Of a DNA stretch of 64,000 nucleotides, positions 29,654 to 40,486 are shown piece by piece. The position numbers were made by a program, and so were the translations under genes. The notes beneath the pieces are model-generated. The model was not told the DNA's origin, did no database searches, and worked only from the letters and a program-made list of their open reading frames with translations. Position 1 is the first letter of the stretch; the number at the start of each line of letters is the position of its first letter. This DNA is from Bacillota bacterium. Lineage in GTDB: Bacteria > Bacillota > Limnochordia > DTU087. The stretch spans positions 7,659 through 71,658 of the forward strand of contig JAAZMR010000025.1 of assembly GCA_012798695.1 (NCBI GenBank), written 5' to 3'.

Positions 29654-29836
29654 TTACCGATAGCGATTCTTCCTCTTTCGGGCCGCTTCAGACTTCTTCT
29701 TACGCCTAACACTCGGTTTCTCGTAATGCTCATGTTTACGCGCCTCGGCCATGATTCCCGACCTACGGCACTGCCTCTTAAACCGGCGCAGCGCTCTATC
29801 GAGGGATTCATCCTTGCCAACTCTGACTTGCGCCAA
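29654..29836 (-). CDS. rpsU: 30S ribosomal protein S21
   Basis: 60 aa. ...[11 protein letters not shown]...[30 protein letters not shown] matches the S21 consensus. TTG start after GGAGGGAGGG. Confidence 0.9.
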   Translation of the reverse strand: MAQVRVGKDESLDRALRRFKRQCRRSGIMAEARKHEHYEKPSVRRKKKSEAARKRKNRYR

Positions 29837-29960
29837 CGATTTTCCCTCCCTCCGCCGCTAACAATAGCCCGCGCCTGCGCCTGGAGTCAACCTTATGGTC
29901 TCGAATATCCATCAATATCAGGTCTCCCTGCAACAGATGCGAAGGTACGAATTCAGTCCC

Positions 29961-29990
29961 ATTATACCTGCTCACTGACATGCATGTCAA
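29961..29990 (-). promoter_or_regulatory. Consensus sigma-A promoter for rpsU (TTGACA-N18-TATAAT)
   Basis: Minus-strand TTGACAtgcatgtcagtgagcaggTATAAT, immediately after the HIT gene stop, ~120 nt upstream of the rpsU start. Confidence 0.5.
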
Positions 29991-29992
29991 CT

Positions 29993-30340
29993 CTAGCCTG
30001 GGGGCCAACCAAAGCTCCTGCCACCCATAAGATGGAAATGAACATGGAAAACACTTTGGGACGCACTTTCTCGGCAATTAACTACCACTCGGTACCCTTG
30101 CTCTGCGATACCTTCCTTTTCTGCCAAATCTTTGATGACCAAATGAATATGACCCATGAGTTCCTGATCCGTTGCTTCTAGATCGGCAACAGTGGGGATG
30201 TGCTTTTTGGGAATGACGAGAATATGCACTGGCGCTTGAGGACTTATGTCCCTAAAGGCTAAGACCATATCATCTTCGTAAACTATGTCACTGGGAATCT
30301 CCTGCGAAATAATCCGGCAAAATAGGCAATCAACGCCCAT
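29993..30340 (-). CDS. HIT-family (histidine triad, Hint-like) nucleotide hydrolase
   Basis: HVHFHLMGG histidine-triad motif. Start set at ATG 30340 after SD AAGGAGGTG. ~115 aa. Confidence 0.8.
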   Translation of the reverse strand: MGVDCLFCRIISQEIPSDIVYEDDMVLAFRDISPQAPVHILVIPKKHIPTVADLEATDQELMGHIHLVIKDLAEKEGIAEQGYRVVVNCRESASQSVFHVHFHLMGGRSFGWPPG

Positions 30341-30369
30341 GCTGATCACACCTCCTTAGGCGATGCACA

Positions 30370-31710
30370 TCACGCTTGTCCCGGTAGCTCTTCCACCACT
30401 TTCCCCCAAATCCCTTCTTCGTCGGCACCCTTGATCTTCACCATCTGAATATCACCGGGTTCTCCTTGTGTGCGATAGGCCTTGACTTTCACATAGGTGG
30501 GGGTGTGGCCTTCCCACAACTCCCCTTTGTCATCGATCAAGGGCTCTTCCCACAAGACCTCTACATCGCGGCCAATATGTCGTTGATGAAAGGCCAAGCT
30601 CAGCTCCTGGCCAAGCTGAATCATCTGATGGCTGCGCTGCTTCTTCGTACGTGCCGGGATTTGCTCAGGAAAAGTCGCGGCCGGCGTACCCCGCCGCGGT
30701 GAGTACCGAAAAACATGGAGCCTTGTAAAACCCATCTCTCGCACAAAACCCAGTGCCGCTTGAAACTGGCCTGCGGTCTCGCCTGGGAACCCAACAATAA
30801 TATCTGTCGTAATCGCCACGTCAGGCAGCTGCTCTCTCACTCTCTCGATCACAGTGCGGTATTCTTGTAGCGTATATGGACGCCGCATGCGGCGAAGCAC
30901 CTGATCATCTGCTGCCTGTAAGGGTATATGCAGATGGGGGCAGGCCTTGGGATGATACCTCATGGTATGAATCAACTGATCATCGATCTCAGGTGAGTCC
31001 ACTGATCCCAGCCGGATGCGGGCTAGGTTCTCAATACTATGAAGTGCCTGAATAACAGCAGCTAGGTTGGAGCGGGGCCTAAGGTCTTGGCCATAGGCTC
31101 CCAGATGGATGCCAGTCAAGACAATCTCTCGAAACCCCTGCTCAACGAGGCGCTGAGCCTCGGCAACAATAGCCCCTAAGCTCCGGCTGCGGCTCGGCCC
31201 CCGAGCGTAGGGAATCTTGCAGTAGGTACAAAATTGATTACACCCTTCCTGTATCTTCATGGTGGCACGGGTGCGGCCGGTAAACTCAGTCACTGGCAGT
31301 TCCTCAAACTCTCTGGCCTGAAAAATATCTCCTACCAGAACTTGCGGTCGCTGCCCTGCTGCGATCTCTTCCACCAAATCCACGAGCCGGCCCCGATCTT
31401 GATTACCAATCACTAAGTCCACCCCATCCATCCCCATAATCTCACCAGGAGATGTCTGGGCATAGCACCCCGTGACCACCACAAGAGCCTGAGCGTTTCC
31501 ACGGATGGCCCGATTGATTGCTTGGCGAGACTTGCGCTCACCATTACCGGTGACCGTGCATGTATTGATCACATATACATCAGCCGGTTCCGAGAAGTCT
31601 ACAATAGAGTAATCGCGCTGGCGAAACAGCTCCATGAGCGACTGAGTGTCATACTGGTTAAGCTTACAGCCTAAAGTTTGGAAAGCTACCGTCTTCTGGG
31701 GCATCCCCAT
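30370..31710 (-). CDS. mtaB: Radical-SAM methylthiotransferase, MtaB/YqeV-like (tRNA ms2t6A37)
   Basis: MTTase N-domain Cys triad, radical SAM CNQFCTYC, C-terminal TRAM-like domain. Start set at ATG 31710 after AGGAGGA. Occupies the yqeV position next to rpsU. Confidence 0.75.
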   Translation of the reverse strand: MGMPQKTVAFQTLGCKLNQYDTQSLMELFRQRDYSIVDFSEPADVYVINTCTVTGNGERKSRQAINRAIRGNAQALVVVTGCYAQTSPGEIMGMDGVDLVIGNQDRGRLVDLVEEIAAGQRPQVLVGDIFQAREFEELPVTEFTGRTRATMKIQEGCNQFCTYCKIPYARGPSRSRSLGAIVAEAQRLVEQGFREIVLTGIHLGAYGQDLRPRSNLAAVIQALHSIENLARIRLGSVDSPEIDDQLIHTMRYHPKACPHLHIPLQAADDQVLRRMRRPYTLQEYRTVIERVREQLPDVAITTDIIVGFPGETAGQFQAALGFVREMGFTRLHVFRYSPRRGTPAATFPEQIPARTKKQRSHQMIQLGQELSLAFHQRHIGRDVEVLWEEPLIDDKGELWEGHTPTYVKVKAYRTQGEPGDIQMVKIKGADEEGIWGKVVEELPGQA

Positions 31711-31758
31711 AGGTTCCTCCTGAACTAGATGAACTTTCAGCATTTGACCCAGCACCTC

Positions 31759-32298
31759 TTATATACGAGGCTCCATATAGCAAATATCGCCCCATATATA
31801 ATCTCCCGAAACATACAAAAAGCCATAGGAACCCATGGGCATCATCCGCCGGTCTGTTGGTGACCCAGGGTTGAAAAGAAGGGTATCTCCGTGCCATTCG
31901 TTATAAGGTCTATGGCTGTGGCCGAAAACGATGCAGTGTACACCGGAAAAGGCCTGCGCGGCCCGGGCGACAGTGCCATAACCGGCTCCATCGCCATGGA
32001 TGAGGCCGATCCTAACCTCCCCGAGCTCGATTATCCGCCGCCTTTCTAGCCTTTGACGAACTTCAGCACCATCCATATTACCGTAGACCGCCTCTACCGG
32101 TGCCAAGGTGGAAAGCTCTCGGATCACAGTCCAATCCATGATATCCCCAGCATGCAAAATCAAATCAACACCGGCAAAAGCTGTGAAGATCTCAGCTGGC
32201 AAATAACGAGCCCGCATGGGGATGTGCGTATCAGACAGTACTCCAATTCGAAAATCTACCTTAATCTTGACGTGCCTCCTTTGGCCTTGCTGAACCAA
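31759..32298 (-). CDS. Metallophosphoesterase, YfcE/MJ0936 family phosphodiesterase
   Basis: GVLSDTH, ILHAGDI, GNMDG, FGHSHRP calcineurin-like motifs. 179 aa. Confidence 0.7.
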   Translation of the reverse strand: MVQQGQRRHVKIKVDFRIGVLSDTHIPMRARYLPAEIFTAFAGVDLILHAGDIMDWTVIRELSTLAPVEAVYGNMDGAEVRQRLERRRIIELGEVRIGLIHGDGAGYGTVARAAQAFSGVHCIVFGHSHRPYNEWHGDTLLFNPGSPTDRRMMPMGSYGFLYVSGDYIWGDICYMEPRI

Positions 32299-32318
32299 TC
32301 CAAATCAAGGAGTAGCCA

Positions 32319-33086
32319 TTAGCCCAGATCGCCGCTTTCATACAAGACGAGTGCTGCAGCGACGATGCCGGCGGTCTCTGTGCGCAAAATGCGTGCCCCC
32401 AAACTAACGGCGATTATTCCCATAGCCCCTGCTTCCCCTGCTTCTCTTTCGCTCCAGCCCCCCTCGGGGCCGATAAACAACCAGATCTCTAGAGAGCTAC
32501 CTACCTGTCTTAGGTCTGGATTCACAGATAAGACTTCTCGCAAGCCCTGGCCGGAGAATGTTTCCCAAGGGAATAACCCCAACCGTCCCTGGCCTTTTTC
32601 CGAATACATAGCTAAGCATTCCCGCCAGGACATAGGGTGATAAACTGTAGGTACGATCGTCCGTCGACTCTGTTTGGCTGCTTCCTTGGCTATGCGCTGC
32701 CATCTAGCTACTCGGCGTTGGGCCTTAGCTCTACTCAATTCCACAACAGTGCGCTCTGTAAATACCGGCAGGAATTCACATATACCCAATTCTGTGCCTT
32801 TTTGGATGATCAGATCCATCTTATCCGCCTTCGGAATCCCCTGTACCAGGGTAATCTTCACCCGCGGTTCCACTAGGCTGTTTACTATGGCAGTAATCTG
32901 AGCCATGGCCATCTCGGGACCGACTTCCTGTAAGACGGCTCGGTATTCTTGGCCTGATCCGTCACAGACTGTAATCGGAGAGCCCGGCCCTAGACGCAGT
33001 ACCCGTGCCAAATGGACCAGCTCTTCCCCACTGATCGTGACACTGTCCCCCATGATCTGGTCAGGCTCAACGAAAAACCTTGACAT
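32319..33086 (-). CDS. rsmE: 16S rRNA (uracil1498-N3)-methyltransferase RsmE
   Basis: N-terminal PUA-like domain (RFFVEP...G..V.ISGEELVHLARVLR). C-terminal SPOUT fold. 255 aa. Confidence 0.8.
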   Translation of the reverse strand: MSRFFVEPDQIMGDSVTISGEELVHLARVLRLGPGSPITVCDGSGQEYRAVLQEVGPEMAMAQITAIVNSLVEPRVKITLVQGIPKADKMDLIIQKGTELGICEFLPVFTERTVVELSRAKAQRRVARWQRIAKEAAKQSRRTIVPTVYHPMSWRECLAMYSEKGQGRLGLFPWETFSGQGLREVLSVNPDLRQVGSSLEIWLFIGPEGGWSEREAGEAGAMGIIAVSLGARILRTETAGIVAAALVLYESGDLG

Positions 33087-34039
33087 TATTTTCTACTCCC
33101 CAAACAAACCCAATCATTACCAGCTGATTCATCGACTAAGGTAAGGCCACTAGCCTCTAGAGCTTGGACTACTTCATCGCGCCGCTCACCGATAATCCCA
33201 CCGGCGATAAAGTATCCTCCCTCTACCAGTCTATCCACCACACCTGGCAATATCTCCAAAATGACATCCGCAATAATATTGGCTATGATCAGGTCAGCCT
33301 GGCCAGTAATGGAATCTACCGACCCCATCTGTACCGCCACCTTCGCTTGCATGCCATTGCGGGCCACATTCTCCCGGGCCACTGCTATGGCCACTGGGTC
33401 TAGGTCACAGGCGATTACCGCTTCTGCACCGAGCTTGGCCGCGGCCAAAGCTAGAATACCAGACCCGGTACCGATATCATAGATGAGGCACCCGGGCCAG
33501 ATCCATTTTTCCAACTGTATTAAGCATAGACGAGTGGTCTCATGTTCCCCTGTGCCAAAGGCCATACCGGGGTCAAGTTCAAGCACGATATCCCCAGTGC
33601 TTGCAGAATACGGTTCCCAGGTGGGCTTGATTACCACTCGCTCTCCTATTCTCTGAATATGATAGAACTCTTTCCAGCTATTGGCCCAATCAGATTCGGT
33701 CAGTAACGTGGTGGAAACCAAAGCCGGGGCAGGGTTGAGTCCCATTTGCTCCAGATCCAATACTCGCTCCACAATAGATGCAATCGCGTTTCCCTGCCTC
33801 AAATCCCCGGCTAGATAGGCGATCACGTTTGTGGGCGCATCGGGTGATACCGATTCCACCACGGGATAAAGCTCTCCATATTCAGTGGATTCAGCTGCTT
33901 CCTGCCAGACTCGCGGGTCCTCGATCTCGACACCACCCGCTCCCATAGTCATGAGCATATCAGCCACAGCCTCTACAGCTTCCGAACTAGTCGCAACCGT
34001 GATTTTCGTCCAATACCCTGCCGAGCTTTCTGCCATCAT
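33086..34039 (-). CDS. prmA: Ribosomal protein L11 methyltransferase PrmA
   Basis: 317 aa. PrmA N-domain. SAM motif DIGTGSGILALAAAKLGA. Conserved prmA-rsmE pairing downstream of dnaJ. Confidence 0.85.
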   Translation of the reverse strand: MMAESSAGYWTKITVATSSEAVEAVADMLMTMGAGGVEIEDPRVWQEAAESTEYGELYPVVESVSPDAPTNVIAYLAGDLRQGNAIASIVERVLDLEQMGLNPAPALVSTTLLTESDWANSWKEFYHIQRIGERVVIKPTWEPYSASTGDIVLELDPGMAFGTGEHETTRLCLIQLEKWIWPGCLIYDIGTGSGILALAAAKLGAEAVIACDLDPVAIAVARENVARNGMQAKVAVQMGSVDSITGQADLIIANIIADVILEILPGVVDRLVEGGYFIAGGIIGERRDEVVQALEASGLTLVDESAGNDWVCLGSRK

Positions 34040-34139
34040 CTATTCGCCATCCTTGCAGTTAGATTGAGCCACCAAAAGCAAGATCAAGCAAGGTACTCAT
34101 CGATCTCTCAGAAAACCTGGCTCTAAGCGATTTAGCGGC

Positions 34140-35285
34140 CTAGCGCCCCAGACCATCAAAAGCTTCTTTTACCCGCCCCAGGAAACCTTTTTCCTGAGCG
34201 GGCCGGACTGATTCCCCCACACTCTCACCCCACTGGCGGAGAGCTTCCTTTTGTTTAGTTGTCAAGTTCCTGGGAGTATAGACCTCAACTATCACATGCT
34301 GATCGCCCCGCCCATACCCACGCAAGTTGACTATACCCTTGCCCTTGATTCGGAAGGAAGTCCCGGTCTGCGTGCCTTCAGGGATGCGCAGTCTCACCTT
34401 ACCTTCCAAGGTAGGAACCTCGATCTCATCACCAAGGGTTGCCTGTACGAAACTGATAGGCACCTTACAGAAGACATCACTACCTTGTCGCGTGAAGAAC
34501 TCATGGGGTCGCACTGTAATGAAGACATACAAATCACCAGGGGGCCCTCCCCTAGTTCCAGCTTCCCCTTCTCCAGGTACCCGCAAACGAAATCCGTTAT
34601 CTATTCCGGCGGGAACCTTCACACTAATCTTGCGCACTCGCCGTACCTGCCCCTGTCCACCACACTCTTTACACCTGGTTTCAACGGTTTTGCCTTCACC
34701 ACCACAGCGCGGGCAGGGCCTGACATTGACAAATCGGCCAAAAGCACTCTGCTGTACTTGCTGCACCTGCCCAGTACCATTGCACTCAGTACAGGTGTGA
34801 ATGGGTGTTCCCGGTTCTGCCTGGTTGCCATGGCAATGGGGACAAGTCTCGGTGCGAGGTACCTCGACTTCGGTCTCTAAGCCAAAAGCTGCCTCTTCGA
34901 AACTGATATCCAGATCGAAGCGAATATCGGCACCTCTTTGGGGACCCTGTCGACGCTGCCGCCCCAGGCCGCCACCAAAGAACATATCAAAAATATCGCC
35001 AAAACCCTCAAAATCACCGAAACCACCAAAGTCTCCAAAGCCACCGGCACCGTTTGCTCCTTCAAAGGCTGCATGACCAAACTGATCATATTGCTGCCGC
35101 AGTTTTTCATCACCGAGCACGCGGTAAGCTTCACTAGCTTCTTTGAATTTCTCCTCAGCATCAGGGTCATCCTGGTTCACATCAGGGTGGTACTTGTGAG
35201 CAAGGCGACGGTATGCCTTCTTGATCTCGGCCTCTGAGGCGTCCCTATCCACCCCCAAAACCTCATAGTAATCTCGCTTGGCCAT
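34140..35285 (-). CDS. dnaJ: Molecular chaperone DnaJ
   Basis: J-domain (YYEVLGV...HPD). G/F-rich linker. Four CxxCxGxG zinc-finger repeats. C-terminal domains. Confidence 0.95.
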   Translation of the reverse strand: MAKRDYYEVLGVDRDASEAEIKKAYRRLAHKYHPDVNQDDPDAEEKFKEASEAYRVLGDEKLRQQYDQFGHAAFEGANGAGGFGDFGGFGDFEGFGDIFDMFFGGGLGRQRRQGPQRGADIRFDLDISFEEAAFGLETEVEVPRTETCPHCHGNQAEPGTPIHTCTECNGTGQVQQVQQSAFGRFVNVRPCPRCGGEGKTVETRCKECGGQGQVRRVRKISVKVPAGIDNGFRLRVPGEGEAGTRGGPPGDLYVFITVRPHEFFTRQGSDVFCKVPISFVQATLGDEIEVPTLEGKVRLRIPEGTQTGTSFRIKGKGIVNLRGYGRGDQHVIVEVYTPRNLTTKQKEALRQWGESVGESVRPAQEKGFLGRVKEAFDGLGR

Positions 35286-35480
35286 AACTGCACCGCCTTC
35301 TCCTGTGAGTCCATAAAAAGATTCGCATACCCCGTAATCTGTACTCTATCACAGAAAAGTGACCTGTGGCAAACGGCGGCGGCTTACGCCACCGCCCCAG
35401 GGTTTTACACAGGTCGGCTTTGACGATTGAGACTCTGATCAGATCCATCAATCACAGTCTCTATCTACCTCAAGCAGGTA

Positions 35481-37331
35481 TTACTGCTGCTTCTCTTGTT
35501 CATCATCATCTACTACTTCGTAATCAGCATCTACGACCTTTTCTTCTCCCGCGGCACCCTCTGCAGCTCCGCCTGGGGCCGTCCCATCACCACCGGGGTT
35601 AGCCTGGGCATACATTCTAGATGTAACTGTATGCAAAGAAGCGCTCAAAGCCTCCATCTTATCTTTGATAGCCTGTAGGTCATCACCCTGCTTGATCTGG
35701 GACAACTCTGTCTTAGCTGCCTCGATCTTGGCTTTTTCGTCACTGCTAACCTTATCTCCCAGATCCTTGAGGGTCTTATCTACAGTATAGATCAACTGCT
35801 CTGCTTGATTCTTCGCCTCTACTAGTTCTCTGCGTTGCTTGTCTTCCTCGGCATGGGATTCAGCTTCGTGTACCATCTTCTCAATCTCACTATCCGATAG
35901 GCCACCGGAGGAAGTAATAATAATCCGCTGTTCCTTACCAGTCCCTAAGTCTTTGGCAGAGACATTGACAATACCATTGACGTCAATGTCAAAAGTAACC
36001 TCGATCTGGGGAATTCCCCGTGGAGCCGGTGGAATTCCGGTTAACTGAAAGCGCCCCAAAGTCACGTTATCTGCTGCCATGGGTCGCTCACCCTGGAGTA
36101 CGTGAATATCTACTGCTGTCTGGTTATCAGCCGCTGTAGTAAAAACCTGTGCCTTACTGGTAGGAATAGTAGTATTCCTTTCAATCAGACGGGTCATGAC
36201 ACCACCGAGGGTCTCAATCCCCAGTGACAAGGGCGTCACATCCAGCAGTACAATATCCTTGACTTCACCGGCCAACACACCGGCCTGGATAGCCGCGCCG
36301 ATGGCTACACATTCATCAGGGTTTACTCCTTTGAATGGCTCTTTGCCTAGTTTCTTTCTAATGGCTTCCTGTACAGCCGGTATTCGGGTAGAACCACCCA
36401 CTAAGATCACTTTATCGATCTCATGGGGCTGCAGCCCGGCGTCGTCCAATGCCCGCTGTGTAGGCGTCATGGTGGCTTCCACCAAATCAGCAGTCAATTC
36501 ATTGAACTTCGCTCTGGTAAGATTGATGTCCAGATGCAAAGGCCCATCTTCTCCGGCACTGATGAAAGGCAAATTGATATTGGTGGTCTGGAGACCGGAT
36601 AGTTCAACCTTGGCTTTTTCAGCAGCCTCTCTGAGTCGCTGCATAGCCATGCGGTCTTTGCTTAGGTCCACCCCGGTCTGTTGTCTGAACTGAGTGACTA
36701 GATGTTGGGCAACCCGTTCATCAAAATCGTCACCACCCAACCGGTTGTTACCACTAGTAGCCAATACCTCAAAGACCCCATCCCCTACTTCCAGGATGGA
36801 GACATCAAAGGTACCGCCTCCCAGGTCAAAGACCAACAATTTCTGATCTTCATCTTTATCAAGCCCATAGGCCAAAGAGGCCGCCGTGGGCTCATTGATA
36901 ATCCGTAGAACATCTAGCCCGGCAATTGTGCCGGCATCTTTAGTGGCTTGCCGCTGGGCATCAGTAAAATAGGCAGGGACAGTGATTACGGCTTGAGTGA
37001 CTTCCTCCCCCAAGTAGTTTTCTGCTTCTTCCTTGAGTTTCTGCAAAACCATAGCAGATATCTGCTCAGGTGTATATACTTTACCATCAATAGTTGCTCT
37101 ATAATCGGTGCCCATCCGACGCTTAACCGAAAGGATTGTCCGCTCAGGATTGGTCACCGCCTGGCGTTTGGCCACCTGTCCTACCAACCGCTCACCTTTT
37201 TTCGAAAATGCCACGACAGACGCAGTCGTCCGGCTTCCTTCCGCATTAGGAATAACTACCGGCTCTCCGCCCTCCATCGCCGCTACTACAGAGTTAGTTG
37301 TACCCAGATCAATACCAACAACTTTACCCAT
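35481..37331 (-). CDS. dnaK: Molecular chaperone DnaK (Hsp70)
   Basis: [17 protein letters not shown], acidic C-terminus. 616 aa. Confidence 0.95.
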   Translation of the reverse strand: MGKVVGIDLGTTNSVVAAMEGGEPVVIPNAEGSRTTASVVAFSKKGERLVGQVAKRQAVTNPERTILSVKRRMGTDYRATIDGKVYTPEQISAMVLQKLKEEAENYLGEEVTQAVITVPAYFTDAQRQATKDAGTIAGLDVLRIINEPTAASLAYGLDKDEDQKLLVFDLGGGTFDVSILEVGDGVFEVLATSGNNRLGGDDFDERVAQHLVTQFRQQTGVDLSKDRMAMQRLREAAEKAKVELSGLQTTNINLPFISAGEDGPLHLDINLTRAKFNELTADLVEATMTPTQRALDDAGLQPHEIDKVILVGGSTRIPAVQEAIRKKLGKEPFKGVNPDECVAIGAAIQAGVLAGEVKDIVLLDVTPLSLGIETLGGVMTRLIERNTTIPTSKAQVFTTAADNQTAVDIHVLQGERPMAADNVTLGRFQLTGIPPAPRGIPQIEVTFDIDVNGIVNVSAKDLGTGKEQRIIITSSGGLSDSEIEKMVHEAESHAEEDKQRRELVEAKNQAEQLIYTVDKTLKDLGDKVSSDEKAKIEAAKTELSQIKQGDDLQAIKDKMEALSASLHTVTSRMYAQANPGGDGTAPGGAAEGAAGEEKVVDADYEVVDDDEQEKQQ

Positions 37332-37381
37332 ATATCTTCCTCCTCGTCTATGGCCAATAGGCTCTCGCCAGGCACCGAAAT

Positions 37382-38011
37382 CTAATTGACTTTCGCAACC
37401 TTAACAACTGCAGCCCTCAGTACTCGTTCACGGAAACTATACCCCTTCTGCAATTCCTGTATCACCTGATTATCCAACTCGGGGTTGTCAACCGTTTCTA
37501 CCATAGCGGCGGCGTGGATAGTGGGATCAAAGCCTTGACCCACTGCCTCGATGGGCTCTAGTCCCTCTTTTCCTAGAATGTCGACAAACTGTCTGTAGAC
37601 TAATTCCACACCCTCTCTGATGGAATCACCACTAACATCACCCTGAACCGCCAATGCTCGATCTAGATTATCCAATACCGGTAAGAGTTGCTTGATCAAC
37701 TCTTCATTGGCTCGAGTAATGCCTTCCTGTAATTCCTTCCGATTGCGCCGGCGGAAATTATCAAAATCGGCCTTGAGCCGCAAAAACTTTTCATGCAATT
37801 CCTTTTCCCTCTCCTGCAGACGCGCTACCTCTGCTTGGAGAGCTTCCGGCTCCAGTTGTTCGACCCCATCCTCCCATGCCTCTGCTGCCTGCGAACCGTT
37901 GTCGGATTCAACCCTGCAGCCCTCCTCACCCGGATGCCTAGTCTCAGCCTGAGCCTCGCTTTGTGGGTGAGACTTGGCATCTTGCTGATCCTGGGAGTCT
38001 GCTGTCTCCAT
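37382..38011 (-). CDS. grpE: Nucleotide exchange factor GrpE
   Basis: GrpE core ([10 protein letters not shown]...). Conservative start taken at ATG 38011 (METADSQ...). The ORF is open upstream to a GTG near 38130, which adds a Cys/His-rich segment (CSCHDCSC). Start is uncertain. Confidence 0.8.
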   Translation of the reverse strand: METADSQDQQDAKSHPQSEAQAETRHPGEEGCRVESDNGSQAAEAWEDGVEQLEPEALQAEVARLQEREKELHEKFLRLKADFDNFRRRNRKELQEGITRANEELIKQLLPVLDNLDRALAVQGDVSGDSIREGVELVYRQFVDILGKEGLEPIEAVGQGFDPTIHAAAMVETVDNPELDNQVIQELQKGYSFRERVLRAAVVKVAKVN

Positions 38012-38197
38012 CTCTTTTGCTTGACAGCTGCAATCATGGCAGCTGCATCGGTTGCCACTGACCCGTTTTTCGGGTGACTCCTGGTGGTTTTTCATGAAAA
38101 GCGGCGCGGAGAACCCCAAACCGGGGCGCACGCGCCTTCTCTCCTTTCTCCCTATTGACCGGATACTACTTGGTAACCGTGCCTGCTGTAATGGTCA

Positions 38198-39229
38198 CTA
38201 GTGACGCCGGGAGTCTGACAGCAGGGCACTAAGGCTATATGCGATACCCTCGACTACGGACACCACCCGCTCATAATCCATCCGGGTAGGACCGATAACA
38301 CCTATACTCCCAATTACCTGACCATCTAGCTCATATGATGCTGTCACTAGACTGCAGTCCTGAAACCCTTCGTGTAGATTCTCGCTGCCGATAATAACTT
38401 GCATCCCGGAACGGCCTAGAGCTTCATTCAGAATCCGCCAAAGTACTCTCTCATCATCAAGGACATTGAGCAGTACCTTGACTTTGCTGAGATCCCTAAA
38501 CTCCGGTTGACTGAGAAGATGGATAGTGCCATCTAGGAAGACCTGTTCTTTCTTAATACTTTTCAGGCCCTTGGCTAGAAGGTTTAGGGCCTCTGACATC
38601 AAGGCTTCATCTGTAACCTCTTCCCGCATCTCGCCTACTAGAGAGCTCCCAACCTCAGCTAACATGATGCCTGATAGCCTCTGTTCGAAAAAGTAGTTCA
38701 TCCTGGCTATTTCCTGAGACCGTAATGGTCGAGATGTCTCGACAATGCGGCTTTGAGTAAACCCTGGGTCTACTACTAGTACAAGCAAGACATTCAACTC
38801 ATCCAAAGGAATGAGCTGTAGACAACGAATAGTCCCATGAGTAATACTCGGTGCTACTATGACTGAGGTATACTGACTCAAAAGGGATAGCACCCGAACA
38901 CTCTCATGGACAATATCCTCCATTTGTCGGTGCCCATACAAAGCAGTGTGAATCTGCCGAACATCCTCCTCGGACAGCTCTTGAGGATTCATCAATGTAT
39001 CAACAAAGAATCGATAGCCCTTTTCTGATGGAATCCGGCCCGCTGATGTATGTGGTTGCTCGAGATATCCATCTTCTTCAAGATCAGCCATCTCGTTGCG
39101 TATGGTCGCCGGGCTAACCCCCAGGCCATACCGGCGGGCGATGGTTCGAGAACCGACCGGTTCGGCAGTGCTAATATAGTCGTGTGTGACAGCCTTCAGT
39201 ATCCGTCTCTTTCTCTCATCTAACGGCAT
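38198..39229 (-). CDS. hrcA: Heat-inducible transcription repressor HrcA
   Basis: Start reassigned to ATG 39229 (MPLDERKRRILKAVTHDYISTAEPVGSR...) after SD AAGGTGGTG. The track ORF begins at a GTG inside the CIRCE right arm. Confidence 0.9.
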   Translation of the reverse strand: MPLDERKRRILKAVTHDYISTAEPVGSRTIARRYGLGVSPATIRNEMADLEEDGYLEQPHTSAGRIPSEKGYRFFVDTLMNPQELSEEDVRQIHTALYGHRQMEDIVHESVRVLSLLSQYTSVIVAPSITHGTIRCLQLIPLDELNVLLVLVVDPGFTQSRIVETSRPLRSQEIARMNYFFEQRLSGIMLAEVGSSLVGEMREEVTDEALMSEALNLLAKGLKSIKKEQVFLDGTIHLLSQPEFRDLSKVKVLLNVLDDERVLWRILNEALGRSGMQVIIGSENLHEGFQDCSLVTASYELDGQVIGSIGVIGPTRMDYERVVSVVEGIAYSLSALLSDSRRH

Positions 39230-39248
39230 AATCAACACCACCTTTTTG

Positions 39249-39275
39249 TTAGCACTCACTTCGACGGAGTGCTAA
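39249..39275. promoter_or_regulatory. CIRCE operator (HrcA binding site) TTAGCACTC-N9-GAGTGCTAA
   Basis: Perfect match to the CIRCE consensus: ttagcactc acttcgacg gagtgctaa. Immediately upstream of hrcA-grpE-dnaK-dnaJ. Confidence 0.9.
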
Positions 39276-39288
39276 CATACCCATATTA

Positions 39289-39317
39289 AAAATAGCATTC
39301 GACACCGTTTTTGTCAA
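39289..39317 (-). promoter_or_regulatory. Putative sigma-A promoter of the hrcA-grpE-dnaK-dnaJ operon (TTGACA-N17-TATTTT)
   Basis: Minus-strand TTGACAaaaacggtgtcgaatgcTATTTT directly 5' of CIRCE. The -35 overlaps the hemW stop. Confidence 0.45.
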
Positions 39318-40486
39318 GATGATCCGACAAAAGCGCTTTGCACCTGGTTGGCCAAAAGCAGCCCCCGAGCCGTTAAACGCAAACGTCCTCGGACAAGTTC
39401 TACTAAGCCTTGGCGCAAAAGGACATTGAGCTCTTCCTCCCATATCTCCCAAACAGATATTCCAAACCGGGCCTGCAGCTCTGCCAACGAGACCCCTTCA
39501 GCTAAGCGCAGCCCCAACATCACTGTCTCTCCCAGTTGACCACGCACGTCGAGTACCTCTGTCGAGGATTCCGGGAGCTTGCCGTTGGCTATCCATTGAG
39601 TATATTGCCCAAGATGAGCGGTATTGCCCCATCGCCTCTGTCCCCAATATGAAAAAGCCGCAACTCCCAGACCCAGATACCACCGGTTTTGCCAGTAGAT
39701 CTGATTGTGTCGCGACTTGAATCCTGGTAGAGCGTAGTTCGAAATCTCGTAATGGACATAGCCTCTGCCGGAAAGGTATGTCTGTGTCCATTCCATCATC
39801 TCGATGACTAGATCCTCAGAAGGAACCTCGAGCTTGCCTTCATCATATAGACAACCATATCTCGTGCCAGGCTCAATGGTCAACTCATAGCAAGAAATAT
39901 GTGTGGGCTGTAAATCAACAGCCCGGATGAGGGAGTCCTGCCACTGATCTAAACTCTGCCCTGGTAAGGCAAACATCAAATCAAAACTTAGATTCGCTAG
40001 ACCTACGCGTTGGGCAATTTCAACAGTCCGGTAGACGTCTCGGACAGAATGGATCCTATCCAACCGCACCAAAAGCTGATCATCAAGGCTTTGTACCCCC
40101 ATGCTCAGGCGGTTTATCCCTAACCGATGCCAAGCTGCCCCATCCTGCTCGGAAATGGTGCCGGGGTTGATTTCCAGAGTTACCTCTGCATCTGGGGTTA
40201 TAGGAAAGCTATGCCTGACTGCTTCCAGCAGCCGTGTCAGCTGCTGGGTTGTCAAGATCGAAGGCGTGCCACCTCCGATGTACAAAGAGTGAAAGGCATC
40301 GGGCAACAATCCTTCCACTGCCAGCCATCGCCGCCTCAGCGATATCTCGTCCAGTAAAGCAGACAGATACCCCTCTACTACTCCGTCACCTTCCTCTTCA
40401 AGGGGATAGGAAACGAAGTCGCAATAGGGGCATTTCCGTTGGCAAAAAGGGATATGCACATATATGCCCGGCCGATCAATCTTCAA
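39314..40486 (-). CDS. hemW: Radical-SAM heme chaperone HemW (HemN-like, oxygen-independent coproporphyrinogen oxidase family)
   Basis: [10 protein letters not shown] radical-SAM motif near the N-terminus. 390 aa. Conserved lepA-hemW-hrcA order. Confidence 0.85.
   Translation of the reverse strand: MKIDRPGIYVHIPFCQRKCPYCDFVSYPLEEEGDGVVEGYLSALLDEISLRRRWLAVEGLLPDAFHSLYIGGGTPSILTTQQLTRLLEAVRHSFPITPDAEVTLEINPGTISEQDGAAWHRLGINRLSMGVQSLDDQLLVRLDRIHSVRDVYRTVEIAQRVGLANLSFDLMFALPGQSLDQWQDSLIRAVDLQPTHISCYELTIEPGTRYGCLYDEGKLEVPSEDLVIEMMEWTQTYLSGRGYVHYEISNYALPGFKSRHNQIYWQNRWYLGLGVAAFSYWGQRRWGNTAHLGQYTQWIANGKLPESSTEVLDVRGQLGETVMLGLRLAEGVSLAELQARFGISVWEIWEEELNVLLRQGLVELVRGRLRLTARGLLLANQVQSAFVGSS

Noticed and set aside
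28829-30181. Long + strand ORFs (207 aa at 28829..29452; 190 aa at 29609..30181) in a region where all real genes are on the minus strand.
   Set aside because: They are antisense to nfeD, rpsU and the HIT gene. They have no SD and a GC-rich, Ala/Pro/Ser/Arg-biased composition typical of antisense frames in mid-GC DNA.
38012-38131. Cys/His-rich CSCHDCSC segment upstream of grpE as a separate small metal-binding ORF.
   Set aside because: It is in frame with grpE, with no intervening stop and no independent SD. Treated instead as a possible N-terminal extension (see findings). Evidence is insufficient for a separate gene.
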